The position numbers were made by a program, and so were the translations under genes. From assembly GCA_050287265.1 (NCBI GenBank), contig JBNKBO010000004.1, forward strand, positions 4,631 through 68,630: 64,000 nt of DNA, given 5' to 3'. The stretch comes from Sideroxydans sp. (lineage in GTDB: Bacteria; Pseudomonadota; Gammaproteobacteria; Burkholderiales; Gallionellaceae). The notes beneath the pieces were generated by a model. It was not told the DNA's origin. It did no database searches and was given only the letters and a program-made list of their open reading frames with translations. This document shows positions 49,124 to 59,583 of the stretch, in pieces (the stretch's first letter is position 1; the number at the start of each line of letters is the position of its first letter).

Positions 49124-50449
49124 ATGGAATCTGACACTTTCCGAATCAATCCATTGAACAGCTTGCGCGGCAAGTTGACGGTGGCGCTGCTGCTTGTCAG
49201 TTTGCTGACAGCATTGGCTGTAGGCGGGACAGCCTACTGGATGTTAATGCAGGACTTCAACTCAACAGTGCGCGAAATCGCTTTTGCGAATTTCCAGAAG
49301 GATGTACAAGCTTATATCGGCGAATACGGCTCTTGGGGAAACGCGAGCCGCAATGAGCACTTTGGCGAATATATGGCACGGCATCGCAATCCCTCCCCGC
49401 CTTCGTTGCGAGAAGGGTTGGGCACGGCCATGATGCCGCGTCCAGGTACGCCACTCGGCGCTATTCCAAATCGCAACCCGCCTTTCCGTTTCATGTTGCT
49501 TGATCCACAAGGCCATGTGCTGCTTGGTGAGAGGCGTCTTGAAGGCAAACCGGTTGACGAGGCAATCCTTCAAAAAGCACGCCCGATCAGTGTGAATGGC
49601 AAGGTCGAGGTGCTGGCTGTCCCGATCGGGTCGCCGCAACTGAGTGTGCAGGACAAGGCCTATCTCGACATTATGCGCAGAGCTTTGCTGGATGGCTTGC
49701 TGGCCGCCTGTGCGCTGGCTGTCGTGCTGGGGTTGCTGCTCGGATCGCGCTTTGGTGCGCGGGTACGTGAATTGACAACTGCTATCCAGTCCATGCGGGC
49801 GGATGGCGAGTTGCTGCAACAGGTGCCGGTGCATTCCCGCGATGAGATGGGTTTGCTTGCAAAGGCGTTCAATCGCATGAGCAGTGAATTGTCCCAGGCG
49901 CATACGGCATTGCGAATGACGAACGAGCAGGTGCAGCAACAGTCGGAACAGTTGAAGGAGCTGAGCATTCGCGATCCGCTCACGCTGATGTTCAACCGGC
50001 GTTATTTCGACGAACAATCCCGCTTGTTGTATGAGCAGGCACATAGGCACAACAGGCCGATGTGCGTCATGGTGGGCGACCTGGATCATTTCAAGACCAT
50101 CAATGACGATTTTTCCCATGCGATCGGTGATGAGGTGCTGCGCCGCGTGGCTGAAATTCTGCGCGTGAATGCACGCAGCAGCGATGTAATGGCGCGTTAT
50201 GGCGGCGAGGAGTTTGTCATTACCTTTGTGGAAAGCACGGCAGAACAGGCGGCTGTTCGTTGCGAAGTCATCCGGAGTGCGATCGAACATCATGCTTGGC
50301 ATGAGGTGCATCCCGATCTGCGGGTGACGATGAGTATGGGGTTGTGCGACGATATGAAATGCGGCTCAGTCGAAAAGATGCTGGCCGCAGCCGACGAAAG
50401 TCTGTACGAAGCCAAGCGCAGCGGGCGCAACCGTATTGTCATTTGCTGA
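49124..50449 (+). CDS. Membrane sensor diguanylate cyclase (two TM, HAMP, GGDEF)
   Basis: Two TM helices, RDEMGLLAKAFNRM HAMP, DPLTLMFNRR, RSSD I-site, GGEEF. Start set at ATG 49124. Confidence 0.92.
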   Translation: MESDTFRINPLNSLRGKLTVALLLVSLLTALAVGGTAYWMLMQDFNSTVREIAFANFQKDVQAYIGEYGSWGNASRNEHFGEYMARHRNPSPPSLREGLGTAMMPRPGTPLGAIPNRNPPFRFMLLDPQGHVLLGERRLEGKPVDEAILQKARPISVNGKVEVLAVPIGSPQLSVQDKAYLDIMRRALLDGLLAACALAVVLGLLLGSRFGARVRELTTAIQSMRADGELLQQVPVHSRDEMGLLAKAFNRMSSELSQAHTALRMTNEQVQQQSEQLKELSIRDPLTLMFNRRYFDEQSRLLYEQAHRHNRPMCVMVGDLDHFKTINDDFSHAIGDEVLRRVAEILRVNARSSDVMARYGGEEFVITFVESTAEQAAVRCEVIRSAIEHHAWHEVHPDLRVTMSMGLCDDMKCGSVEKMLAAADESLYEAKRSGRNRIVIC

Positions 50450-50562
50450 TTGCGCCCCTGTGTACTACAAGCGCTACTGGAATGTTGGTAACATCCACAA
50501 CTTATCCGGGTTCGAATTCGCTGTTCGAACCCGCCCGACCAATCGTTGACAGGAGGAATCGC

Positions 50563-51159
50563 ATGGGTACCACATTTATCGTTTTCCTGGTGATCATCGC
50601 CGTCATCGTTATTTATGTCGTGTCGATTTTCAACCGTCTCGTGGCACTGAAGAACCGTTTCAAGAATGCTTTCGCGCAGATAGAGGTGCAGTTGAAGCGG
50701 CGCTACGATCTGATTCCCAACCTGGTCGAAACGGCCAAGGGTTACATCAAGCATGAGCGGGAAACGCTGGAGGCGGTTATCCAGGCGCGTAATGCGGCGG
50801 CCAACGGCCTGAGCCGCGCGCACAGCGACCCGGGCAATGCCGATGCGATCCGTTCCCTGAGCCAGGCGGAAGGCAGTCTCGCCGGTGCGCTGGGCAGGCT
50901 CAATGTGGTGATGGAAGCCTACCCCGATCTCAAGGCCAACCAGAACATGATGCAGGTGTCGGAAGAGTTGACCAGCACGGAAAACCGCGTTGCCTTTGCG
51001 CGCCAGGCTTTCAACGATGCCGTGACGGAATACAACATTTACAAACAGTCTTTTCCTCCGGTTTTCTTCGCCGGCATGTTCGGCCATGGACGCGATGCTG
51101 CGCTGCTCGAATTCGAGGATCACGCAGCCATTCAGGCCGCACCCAAAGTGTCGTTCTGA
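50563..51159 (+). CDS. lemA: LemA family protein
   Basis: QIEVQLKRRYDLIPNLV, EAYPDLKAN, TENRVAFARQAFN. AGGAGG SD. Confidence 0.95.
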   Translation: MGTTFIVFLVIIAVIVIYVVSIFNRLVALKNRFKNAFAQIEVQLKRRYDLIPNLVETAKGYIKHERETLEAVIQARNAAANGLSRAHSDPGNADAIRSLSQAEGSLAGALGRLNVVMEAYPDLKANQNMMQVSEELTSTENRVAFARQAFNDAVTEYNIYKQSFPPVFFAGMFGHGRDAALLEFEDHAAIQAAPKVSF

Positions 51160-51173
51160 TCTGAGGCCGGGCC

Positions 51174-53114
51174 ATGAATTTCTTTGAGGCCCAGGCCAGG
51201 GCGAAGCGCCGGACCGGCTGGCTTTTGCTGCTGTTCACGCTTGCGGTGACAGGGATAGTCGCCTTGGTCAACCTGTTTGTGATGATGCTCATCTTCTTCA
51301 ACCGGGATACTATCCACCCTTCCCAGCTCGCCTTTTGGCAACGTTTCGACTGGCATCTGTTCGGCATGATTAGTATCGCCACGGTGGCGTTGGTCGGTCT
51401 CGGCAGCATCTACAAAATGCTCCTGCTTTCCGGCGGCGGCAACGTCGTTGCCGAAATGCTGGGCGGCAGCCTGGTGCAACGCAATACGGATGACCCGGCA
51501 CAGCGCCGATTGATCAATGTGGTCGAGGAGATGGCCATTGCTTCCGGCACGCCTGCGCCGCCTGTCTATCTGTTAGACGACATGGGCATCAATGCCTTTG
51601 CCGCAGGTCTTACTCCTTACAACGCCGTCATCGGCATCACGCGCGGCGCCATCACCTATCTGAGCCGCGACGAACTGCAAGGTGTCGTCGCCCATGAGTT
51701 CAGCCATATTTTCAACGGCGACATGCGCATGAACATTCGCCTGATGGGCGTGCTGCACGGCATTCTGCTTATCGGTCTGACGGGCTACTACCTCTTGCGC
51801 GCAACGCACTACACCACCGACTCACGCAGCAGCCGCGGCGGCGGTAATGTTGTCGCCGTTATGCTGTTGCTGGGTGTGGGTCTGTGGGTGATCGGCTATG
51901 TCGGCTTCTTTTTCGGCCAATGGATCAAAGCCATCGTCAGCCGCCAGCGCGAATTTCTCGCCGATGCCAGCGCCGTGCAATTTACCCGCAACAAGGACAG
52001 CATCGCCGGTGCACTGAAGAAGATCGGCGGCTCTACCTGGGGCTCGCGACTAGCAAGTCCATCGGCACGGCAATTCAGCCACGCCTATTTCTCTGACGGC
52101 ATCGGCGGTTTCCTGGAGGGAATGTTCGCTACGCATCCTCCCCTGGCGCAACGCATCAAGCGCATCGATTCGCACTGGGATGGTAAATACGTCGAACCCA
52201 AGGTCCAGGAAGTCGCCGCCGACCGGGCGGCGACGGATATGGCTGCAGCGCGCAAATCCGTGTTGGCCAGTGCGGTGCTGGCAGGCGTGCTGACGCCGGA
52301 TGATGCGCTTGCCACTATCGGCAAGATGAACCAGGACAATGTCGACCGCGCCCGCGACATTCTCGCTTCCATCCCCGATCCCTTACGTGAGGCCGCGGCA
52401 GAACCCTTCGGCGCCCGGGCCGTGATTTACGGCATGTTGCTCGACGGCAACGCCGGCATCCTCGCCAAACAGCAGGCAATACTGACCGTCCAGGCAGATC
52501 CGGCGGTGGTGCAACTGACCGGAAAATTGTGCGGCCATTTACCGAATTTGCCTGAAGCAGCCCGGCTGCCGCTGGCGGGCCTCGCGCTGCCGACATTGCG
52601 CAGCTTGTCGAGGGCGCAATACGATCGATTCCGCGCCGTGGTGCAGGCGTTGATCGTAGCGGACAACAAGGTGGATCTGGGCGAATGGACGCTGACGCAT
52701 TTTCTGATGCGTCAGCTTGACGAACACTTCGGTCTGCAGCCACCTCCCAAGGCAAAATTCGGGGGCCTCGGCGACGTGAATCCCGAAGCGGCGCTGTTGA
52801 TATCGCTCGTGGCGCATGCCGAGCACCATGACAATGCCGGCGCTGCAGAACACGCCTTCAAGGCTGGCATCACCGCCGCGGGCGCCACGGCATTAAAGTT
52901 CGTCCCGCGCGAAGTGCTGAATCTTGGCGACCTGGACAGTGCCGTCGACAAACTGGCGGAGCTCAAGCCTTTGCTCAAGCCCCGTATTATCAAAGCCTGC
53001 GCTGCCGTCATCATGCATGACGGTCAGGCGACCATCCGCGGCCATGAGCTGTTGCGTACCATCGCCAGTTGTCTTGGCAGTCCAATGCCGCCGCTACCCG
53101 CACCCGGCAACTGA
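51174..53114 (+). CDS. M48 family (HtpX-like) zinc metalloprotease with a long C-terminal extension
   Basis: NAFAAG, AHEFSH zinc motif, REFLAD, THPP..QRI. Confidence 0.9.
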   Translation: MNFFEAQARAKRRTGWLLLLFTLAVTGIVALVNLFVMMLIFFNRDTIHPSQLAFWQRFDWHLFGMISIATVALVGLGSIYKMLLLSGGGNVVAEMLGGSLVQRNTDDPAQRRLINVVEEMAIASGTPAPPVYLLDDMGINAFAAGLTPYNAVIGITRGAITYLSRDELQGVVAHEFSHIFNGDMRMNIRLMGVLHGILLIGLTGYYLLRATHYTTDSRSSRGGGNVVAVMLLLGVGLWVIGYVGFFFGQWIKAIVSRQREFLADASAVQFTRNKDSIAGALKKIGGSTWGSRLASPSARQFSHAYFSDGIGGFLEGMFATHPPLAQRIKRIDSHWDGKYVEPKVQEVAADRAATDMAAARKSVLASAVLAGVLTPDDALATIGKMNQDNVDRARDILASIPDPLREAAAEPFGARAVIYGMLLDGNAGILAKQQAILTVQADPAVVQLTGKLCGHLPNLPEAARLPLAGLALPTLRSLSRAQYDRFRAVVQALIVADNKVDLGEWTLTHFLMRQLDEHFGLQPPPKAKFGGLGDVNPEAALLISLVAHAEHHDNAGAAEHAFKAGITAAGATALKFVPREVLNLGDLDSAVDKLAELKPLLKPRIIKACAAVIMHDGQATIRGHELLRTIASCLGSPMPPLPAPGN

Positions 53115-53250
53115 TAACGTAAGCAGTGTTTCCTGTAAATGACTTACCGAAATTGTCTGTTTTTTGCCCATTAAAATAATATGGTTGATCAAATGGCATC
53201 CGTTTGCCACTACTGCGGTTTTGCATTATTCTGAGCGTTCGGATAGGGGG

Positions 53251-54396
53251 ATGGTCATGAAGTCAATAAATACTGCGTTACAGCGTAGCCTCAAAACATT
53301 TATCGGCCTTTTGCTGCTGCATCTGAGCAGTAGTGCTTTTGCTTTTACGTTGATAGTGCTACCGCCGGCAGCGACTCCCAGCAATGCCATCACTGGCCCA
53401 ACAACGGTTAATACCCAGATTCAGCCGGTAGCAAAAGTAATTAAGGTGCATTTGCACAACATCCGCAGGACACCTAAAACGAAAAAATTCGCACAGCGTG
53501 ACAATATGCTGGCGGCCAACAGCTATTCCGATCATGTCAGCGATATCAATCATGCGATGTTTGCCTACAACGATCTGGCCAGTTCGGGTGGCGGTGTCAG
53601 CGGCAGTGGCGGCAGTACAAACAGTGTATGGATCAACTCTACCTATTCTTCGTTGAAGAATTCTTTTTCAAGGACACGTTTTGATGGCGATGTCCAGATG
53701 GCCATAGCAGGCTATGACCTGACGGTATCGGACCAATACACATTGGGCGCTGCGTTCAGCTATCAAACGAGCAATCTTGTTACGCGATTCAATAGCGGCG
53801 ATGAAAGAACCAAAGGTTTTAATATCAGCCCCTATTTTGCCTATTTACTGTCAGACACCTGGAGTATCGACTTGAGTCTGGGGTATGGAAAGTTCAGCAC
53901 GTCTCAAACCAGAACCATTGGCACTGGCCTTTTTACCAGCGTGGAAGTAAACAATGACTTTGCTTCAACGCGAAGCTTTTTTGCATCCAACCTGACCAAT
54001 GTTTCAACAGTGGGGAATTGGAACCTGACAAGCTCGATTGGCATATTTGCGGCAAAGCAAAAACAGGATGGCTTTGATGATAGTTTTGCGGTTGGCGGTC
54101 TTGTGCCCGGTTCGAGCCAGAGTGTCAAGCAGTGGAATCTCGCCGGTGAGGCTGCCTACAGCCACCGGAATTCCGAAACATTTGCCGGCCTGATATATGA
54201 AAAACTGAAAGATCCGGAAGCGCTCCAACTCTCTGCAGGCGAACAGCCATCCAATGATCCCAGCAGTTTCTTGCTATCCGCCGGCTGGCGTCACTTCGGC
54301 AAGGAATTGACGGCGGATTTCATGTTCAGCACGCGCCTGGGGCAGGATAAAATTGCTGAACACGGTTTTTTGACCACGATCCGGATCGATCTGTAG
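53251..54396 (+). CDS. Autotransporter-type outer-membrane beta-barrel with a very short passenger
   Basis: Signal peptide ending SAFA, VWINSTY, AGYD, PYFAY, amphipathic strands. Start is 53251 or 53257. Confidence 0.72.
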   Translation: MVMKSINTALQRSLKTFIGLLLLHLSSSAFAFTLIVLPPAATPSNAITGPTTVNTQIQPVAKVIKVHLHNIRRTPKTKKFAQRDNMLAANSYSDHVSDINHAMFAYNDLASSGGGVSGSGGSTNSVWINSTYSSLKNSFSRTRFDGDVQMAIAGYDLTVSDQYTLGAAFSYQTSNLVTRFNSGDERTKGFNISPYFAYLLSDTWSIDLSLGYGKFSTSQTRTIGTGLFTSVEVNNDFASTRSFFASNLTNVSTVGNWNLTSSIGIFAAKQKQDGFDDSFAVGGLVPGSSQSVKQWNLAGEAAYSHRNSETFAGLIYEKLKDPEALQLSAGEQPSNDPSSFLLSAGWRHFGKELTADFMFSTRLGQDKIAEHGFLTTIRIDL

Positions 54397-54404
54397 CACC
54401 AACC

Positions 54405-55961
54405 TCAATGCCCTTTTCTTAATTCCGCATCGACCAGGCGGATAACGCTGGCTGCGTAGTATTCTACCGGCGCAAAATCATCGGTCAGCAGAAAAGCGGA
54501 CTCCACCTGATCTTCCGCCGGGCGCAGTTCCAGCCCGGCCACTTTGTTCAATACCGGATAGGAAAATTTGAATGCGACAGCTTGCTGCAAGTCGATACGA
54601 TTATCGGGCTTGCTCGCGTTATGGCCGATATATATCAGATTCTGCAGTTCATCGCTCTGCGGGTTGATTGTCGCAATCAGGTAAACTTGCGGAAATACGG
54701 CACGCATGGTTTTCAGGACCGAATAGATCATCGGACGCGTATTTTCACCCAGGCTACCGTAATAATTCGCAATGAATACCCCATCGCTTTTAAGTTTGCT
54801 TTTTGCCAGGGTAAAAAATTCACGGGTAGTGAACTGCATGGGCACGGATGTGAACGCGCGGTAGGCATCTGAAAAAATCAGGTCGTACTGTTCGGGCGTG
54901 TCGTGCAAAAAGCGCCGCCCGTCGATCACATGATTTCTCAGTCTCGGATCATCCGGCAAGGCAAAATATTCGCGCGCCAGCTTATAAAGCGATGGATCGA
55001 TCTCTGCCACATCCACGATTGCCTTGGGCAAGTCATGCAGGATGGCTTTGGGTACGGAGTAGGCCCCCCCGCCGATTGCCAGCGCAGTCCTGAGTTCGGG
55101 TATGAACAACCGGTACAGATCGAAGAACTTCGTATAATCGAAAGCCATGCTGCCATCGTCGAGGAACATGCCGCTGTTGATGTTGCGGTCCTGCAGCAAT
55201 ATGCGGGCAGTGCGGCCCTGATGCGGAATGTCGCGTATCACGATTTTTTCGTACAAGCCGTCGGCGTCATAAACAATGTCCTGTCCAACTGTCTGCGTGG
55301 GTCTGGCCAGGGCAAAACCGCATAACAGTCCCAACAGTATCAGGCTGACTGGATATGTTTTCCGCTTTCCTGCAAGCAGCAGCATACCAAGGCTGCCCAG
55401 TAGCATCAGACCCAGACCGACACCGATGATGATGTTACTGACGCCCCAATGCGGGATCAATATGAACCCTGCACTCAAACTACCCACAATGCTGCCCAGC
55501 GTCGACCAGAAAAATACCAGGCCCGCCGCGTTACCCACACCTTTTTCCGCATTGCTGACATGCAGCAACTTGATCGCAAACGGCGAGAGCATGCCAAGAA
55601 ACAGGGCAGGCAACAGAAACATCATCAGTGACACGATCAACGGCCCGCTGATCATGGAAAGGTTATAAGCCATGCCGGGCAGAACGGTTGCGTTCAGCAG
55701 TTGCAGCAACAGCACAGTGAAACCCGCAATCACGATCAGGCTGCAAAACAACACTTCGGACGGTTTGCGGTCAGACAGTCGTCCACCAAAATAGTAGCCA
55801 AAACTTAATGCGGCCAGAATGATGCTGATGACACTTGAGAACGTAATGATTGAATTACCAAAGTAGGGAGCAAGTATCCGTGTGGCGGCAATTTCAACAA
55901 TCAGCACCGCCATGCCGGTCAGCGTGACAGAAAACAGAAGACCAAACTCATATTTGCGCAT
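54405..55961 (-). CDS. Fused MFS-like membrane domain / spermidine-synthase-like methyltransferase
   Basis: EIAATRILAPYFGNS, GLVFFWSTLGSIVG, IGGGAY, EIDP, DGRRF, SDAY, LLTDDFAPVE. Confidence 0.85.
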   Translation of the reverse strand: MRKYEFGLLFSVTLTGMAVLIVEIAATRILAPYFGNSIITFSSVISIILAALSFGYYFGGRLSDRKPSEVLFCSLIVIAGFTVLLLQLLNATVLPGMAYNLSMISGPLIVSLMMFLLPALFLGMLSPFAIKLLHVSNAEKGVGNAAGLVFFWSTLGSIVGSLSAGFILIPHWGVSNIIIGVGLGLMLLGSLGMLLLAGKRKTYPVSLILLGLLCGFALARPTQTVGQDIVYDADGLYEKIVIRDIPHQGRTARILLQDRNINSGMFLDDGSMAFDYTKFFDLYRLFIPELRTALAIGGGAYSVPKAILHDLPKAIVDVAEIDPSLYKLAREYFALPDDPRLRNHVIDGRRFLHDTPEQYDLIFSDAYRAFTSVPMQFTTREFFTLAKSKLKSDGVFIANYYGSLGENTRPMIYSVLKTMRAVFPQVYLIATINPQSDELQNLIYIGHNASKPDNRIDLQQAVAFKFSYPVLNKVAGLELRPAEDQVESAFLLTDDFAPVEYYAASVIRLVDAELRKGH

Positions 55962-56336
55962 ATTATTTATTTGTAATTTTGTAGTTCGCAAAGATCCATA
56001 ATGCCCTGCCAGTATTTCGGCCCGTTAGTTCCAGGCACGATTTTGCACTCGAGCACTCGATATTCGTTGGCGTAATTATATGATAATGCCTTTCGCGCAC
56101 TTGGTCTGCATGCTCACTGCGTCTGTTTTCCGCAGTGCAGCATTTCAAAAAAGTTGGGATGCGCGTTGTTTCAGAACGCGTGGTACGCTTTTTTTATATC
56201 AGGTAGTCCAGCAGCGAGACGAGATACGCCATACGTCTCCACGGTCACGTATGACGACACGTAAAAATCGAATGTCTGCTTCTGGGCATATTCCACAAAC
56301 ATAACAAGCGTACTGTTTTAGGGAGTTGCGTTCATT

Positions 56337-57020
56337 CTACTTGCGGGAATCGAGCAGTTTGTTGAGTACTGCTGCTGCAAAACCTGCGCCGCCAATTCCA
56401 AAGGCCATGGCAAAAGTGATGCATAGCGTCAAGTACGTCGCCCCCAGTACAATCAGAATGATTTCTTTGGGAATGCCTATCTGGAACAAGCAAATAAGTG
56501 CTGTAGAAAAAACGACTGCCCATTTGACAACATTAGCCAGCTTTTCCGGTTTGGCAAACCCGATACTTCCAGCTGTGGCAAGTACTACGCGATATGCCAG
56601 CATGCTCAGGAACAGGCCGGCAACAGCAATTATGGCCGCGACAAATACCGCCACCGCAAAGCCAACGACAGCATCAATCTGGAAGGAAACTGCACCCAGG
56701 CGCAAGCGATCAAATACCGACACGATGGCAGACAGAAGTACGAGCCAGTACGCCCATAATGATGCGTATTCATGCGGAAGAAGTTTGTCTGCGCCTTCTT
56801 CCGTATTCTCGGGAAACAGGTTGATGCGCCTTGAGAATTCGTCAAAACGCACCGATTTCAGAAAAGCTTTAAGGAATTCGCGAGCCAGAATGGCCAGAAT
56901 CAGGCCAATCAGGATGATGAGCAGGCTGGTGATGATATTCGGGATAAATGAGATCGCACCTTTTGCTGCTGAGGTCAGGGGATCAATCAGCAAATGCTTC
57001 CAGTCGAGTTCGGGTTCCAT
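56337..57020 (-). CDS. Conserved TM-helix (CmpX / MscS-associated-type) membrane protein
   Basis: FIPNIITSLLIILIG, repeated TM hairpins, AFGIGG near the C-terminus. Confidence 0.75.
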   Translation of the reverse strand: MEPELDWKHLLIDPLTSAAKGAISFIPNIITSLLIILIGLILAILAREFLKAFLKSVRFDEFSRRINLFPENTEEGADKLLPHEYASLWAYWLVLLSAIVSVFDRLRLGAVSFQIDAVVGFAVAVFVAAIIAVAGLFLSMLAYRVVLATAGSIGFAKPEKLANVVKWAVVFSTALICLFQIGIPKEIILIVLGATYLTLCITFAMAFGIGGAGFAAAVLNKLLDSRK

Positions 57021-57140
57021 GGGTTTTGTCTCCTTGGATCAGCCCCTCAGGTCAGGGCACGCAAAGTATAAGTGTCCCTTTTTATAAACTCAATACCATT
57101 GCTTGCGGCATGGTTAAGATTAACCTGTCTAATTGCTATT

Positions 57141-58103
57141 TCACTTAACCTGGTTCATTTCTTTCTTCACCATTTCCGACGGGTATGCAACAAACTCAGC
57201 CATCCCCATTCTTGTAAAGAACGGCAATGGTTTTAGTACCTTTTCGATGCTTCCCGCACGCGTTGCGGCATCACCCATCCATGTCCAGAGTTTGCCGGTC
57301 ACTTTTTCGTTTTGTATCTGATTTTCCCATATGACCTTGCCGAGCGATTTTGAGAACAATGTCGTTTTCAGCATTACCGGCCTGAATTCAGGCAAGACAG
57401 GTACAACCGCGTGTTCATCCATCAATTCGATTAGCAGCAGCAACTCTGCTTCATTGCCGTACAGTGCATGCGTGCTGGTTTGACTGTTTGCTACGAGATC
57501 CTGAACCTTGCCGGTAAATTTGACGGTGGGGTCCACCGGGGCGTAGTAGCCTTTGTCTTCGAGAAACCATTTGGCCCCGGCACGCAAATCACGGTCGAGG
57601 ATGGCGTAGTTGTTCTTGTCCATTTCGGCTTCCCCGATCTGTACGGGCAATATTCCAACCTGTAAATCAGCCTGCATGGCTAATGGTGCTTTTGCCTCGT
57701 TCAGTATCTGGACGGCCAGACCGCTGACATATTCAACGTTGATATCCCCGCCTAGGTAAACACCGTGGTAAATCCCAACTACAGCGTTGGCGCGCATACC
57801 CTTGGCAGGCCCCTTCAGTGCTTCAACCATATCTATTGGCGGAATACCGCGGTAATCCAGATCGCGGACAGCGCCTGATCCGCCTCTCTTGTATGTTGTC
57901 ACCTTGCCTAGAATTGAATACGCCTTGCCAACTTGTTTGCCGTATTCGTAAATAGTGACATCCTGGGTTTTGACTGCAATCGGACTTCCCTGGGCAGTCT
58001 GAACGGAAAAAGCTTGTACCGGCGCAACCGATCCACAACCAGAAAGCGAAAATAGACCAATGACTACCCAAATAACGATCAGCACTTTGCCGGGGTTGTA
58101 CAT
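57141..58103 (-). CDS. Hypothetical lipoprotein
   Basis: Lipobox LSGC. The AKGMRANAVV segment is reminiscent of YbjQ-like domains. Confidence 0.7.
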   Translation of the reverse strand: MYNPGKVLIVIWVVIGLFSLSGCGSVAPVQAFSVQTAQGSPIAVKTQDVTIYEYGKQVGKAYSILGKVTTYKRGGSGAVRDLDYRGIPPIDMVEALKGPAKGMRANAVVGIYHGVYLGGDINVEYVSGLAVQILNEAKAPLAMQADLQVGILPVQIGEAEMDKNNYAILDRDLRAGAKWFLEDKGYYAPVDPTVKFTGKVQDLVANSQTSTHALYGNEAELLLLIELMDEHAVVPVLPEFRPVMLKTTLFSKSLGKVIWENQIQNEKVTGKLWTWMGDAATRAGSIEKVLKPLPFFTRMGMAEFVAYPSEMVKKEMNQVK

Positions 58104-58595
58104 TTTCTTTCCTCCTTTCCGTGTTTAAGCAATGAGATAGACACCCCCTGCTCTTGACGGCAACTTCGAGTCAGATTGCCTTCAAATGCGGCGAGGTCAA
58201 TATCAATTAAATGGAGATAAGGCCAGCTTTACAAATGTCTTTGCATTTTCAATGCGATCTGAAAATGCTCCATGGGCAAATATCATTGGATCATGCCTCA
58301 TGGATAGCATCAGGGAAGTATAGAGACCCCTTTCCAAAAACTCAACACGTGCCAGCACCGTCTTTTCCGGCCATGGTTCACGGTACGATGTTTCAGGAAC
58401 ATTCAAAACGAAGATGCCGAAGTGAAACTACCCGTGGCGATAGTGACATCGCCGCCATTGTGTAACCCTCACTCTTGACAAAAAATACCTGACACACTTT
58501 ACCTCAGTAACCGCTGCAAAACGGCAAACTGGGTAAACGTGCCAAAATTAGATTGTTATGATTGATTGTCCAGGCTGGCTGAGCGCCACTTTCGG

Positions 58596-58949
58596 TTACC
58601 TGATAACAGTGGATACGGATGCGCTACCTGGATGAGCCAGCACACTGATTCCGCTGGCGTTGAGTTCAACTATGTCGTCATCACTGACAGCAAACTGTGG
58701 TGGAACATAGACGAGGGCAAAAGAGGCATCACCGTAGGCACCGTCTTTGATGTTAACGACTGCATAGCGCCCCCCTGCCTCCTGCCCATCGGGTAATCCC
58801 AGTTTGGATCTGAATTTTCCCGACGCCACTTCGGAATGAACACCGAGTATGGTGCCGCGATCACCCCGCCCCATGGCCAGGGTTACCGCTGTCGAAAGCA
58901 CCAGCGCACCCAAAGCCACGATGAACAAATGTCTGATCGGAGTTCCCAT
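58596..58949 (-). CDS. Small secreted hypothetical protein, paralog 1
   Basis: Signal peptide. Shares GDRGTIL, LGLP, GGRYAVV, GAYGDASFALVYVPPQFAV and PGSA with the neighbouring gene. Confidence 0.8.
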   Translation of the reverse strand: MGTPIRHLFIVALGALVLSTAVTLAMGRGDRGTILGVHSEVASGKFRSKLGLPDGQEAGGRYAVVNIKDGAYGDASFALVYVPPQFAVSDDDIVELNASGISVLAHPGSASVSTVIR

Positions 58950-58976
58950 GATTTTGATTCCTTCAATTTGCCAAAA

Positions 58977-59381
58977 TTACCCAAGCAAATGGAAGAACTT
59001 GCTCCTTTTGTTGATAACCTTGGTTACTGCTGCACTGCCAGGTTGAGCCAGCACACTGACGCCCTTGGCATTGAGCTGAACTTCTGTATTGTCCTCGACA
59101 GCAAACTGCGGTGGTACATAGACGAGTGCGAACGAAGCATCGCCATAGGCGCCGTTGTCGATCTTGACGACAGCATAGCGTCCACCATCCAACTGGCCTT
59201 CGGGCAATCCCAATGCAGCTTTGAATTTGTCTGTTCCCTTTACGGAATGAACACTCAAAATAGTGCCACGATCACCGCTCTTAGCTTCCTTGGTGGCTGT
59301 TGCCACTGCTATGGTTGTTGTTGATACCAATGCCAGAATTGCCACAGTCGAAATGAGTATCTTCTTGATCGGCTTTTTCAT
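58977..59381 (-). CDS. Small secreted hypothetical protein, paralog 2
   Basis: AGGAG SD, signal peptide, same motif blocks as paralog 1. Confidence 0.8.
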   Translation of the reverse strand: MKKPIKKILISTVAILALVSTTTIAVATATKEAKSGDRGTILSVHSVKGTDKFKAALGLPEGQLDGGRYAVVKIDNGAYGDASFALVYVPPQFAVEDNTEVQLNAKGVSVLAQPGSAAVTKVINKRSKFFHLLG

Positions 59382-59484
59382 GACTTTTCTCCTTTTCATT
59401 TGCTAAATTAAGCATTTAAAGAAACTGTCACCTATGTCGATATTGCTATGCATCATCAAGGTAATAAGTGCAGCATCTCAATAC

Positions 59485-59578
59485 ACGTGGGAATTTATCC
59501 CGCGTTGATTGAATGCTAACGTGGGAATATTTCCCATGTCAAGCTTTTTGTGTGAATATTTCCCACATATGCTAAAAT
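59485..59578. promoter_or_regulatory. Three palindromic operator-like boxes (GTGGGAAWWWWTCCCRY) overlapping divergent sigma70 promoters
   Basis: Boxes at 59485-59505, 59519-59539 and 59548-59568. Minus promoter TTGACA(59542-59537)-N18-TAGCAT. Plus-strand extended -10 TGcTAAAAT (59570-59578). Confidence 0.7.
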
Positions 59579-59583
59579 AACGC

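Noticed and set aside
58104-58595. Short ORFs in the gap between the lipoprotein gene and the secreted pair
   Set aside because: Under 90 aa, no motif or RBS, present on both strands; likely non-coding.
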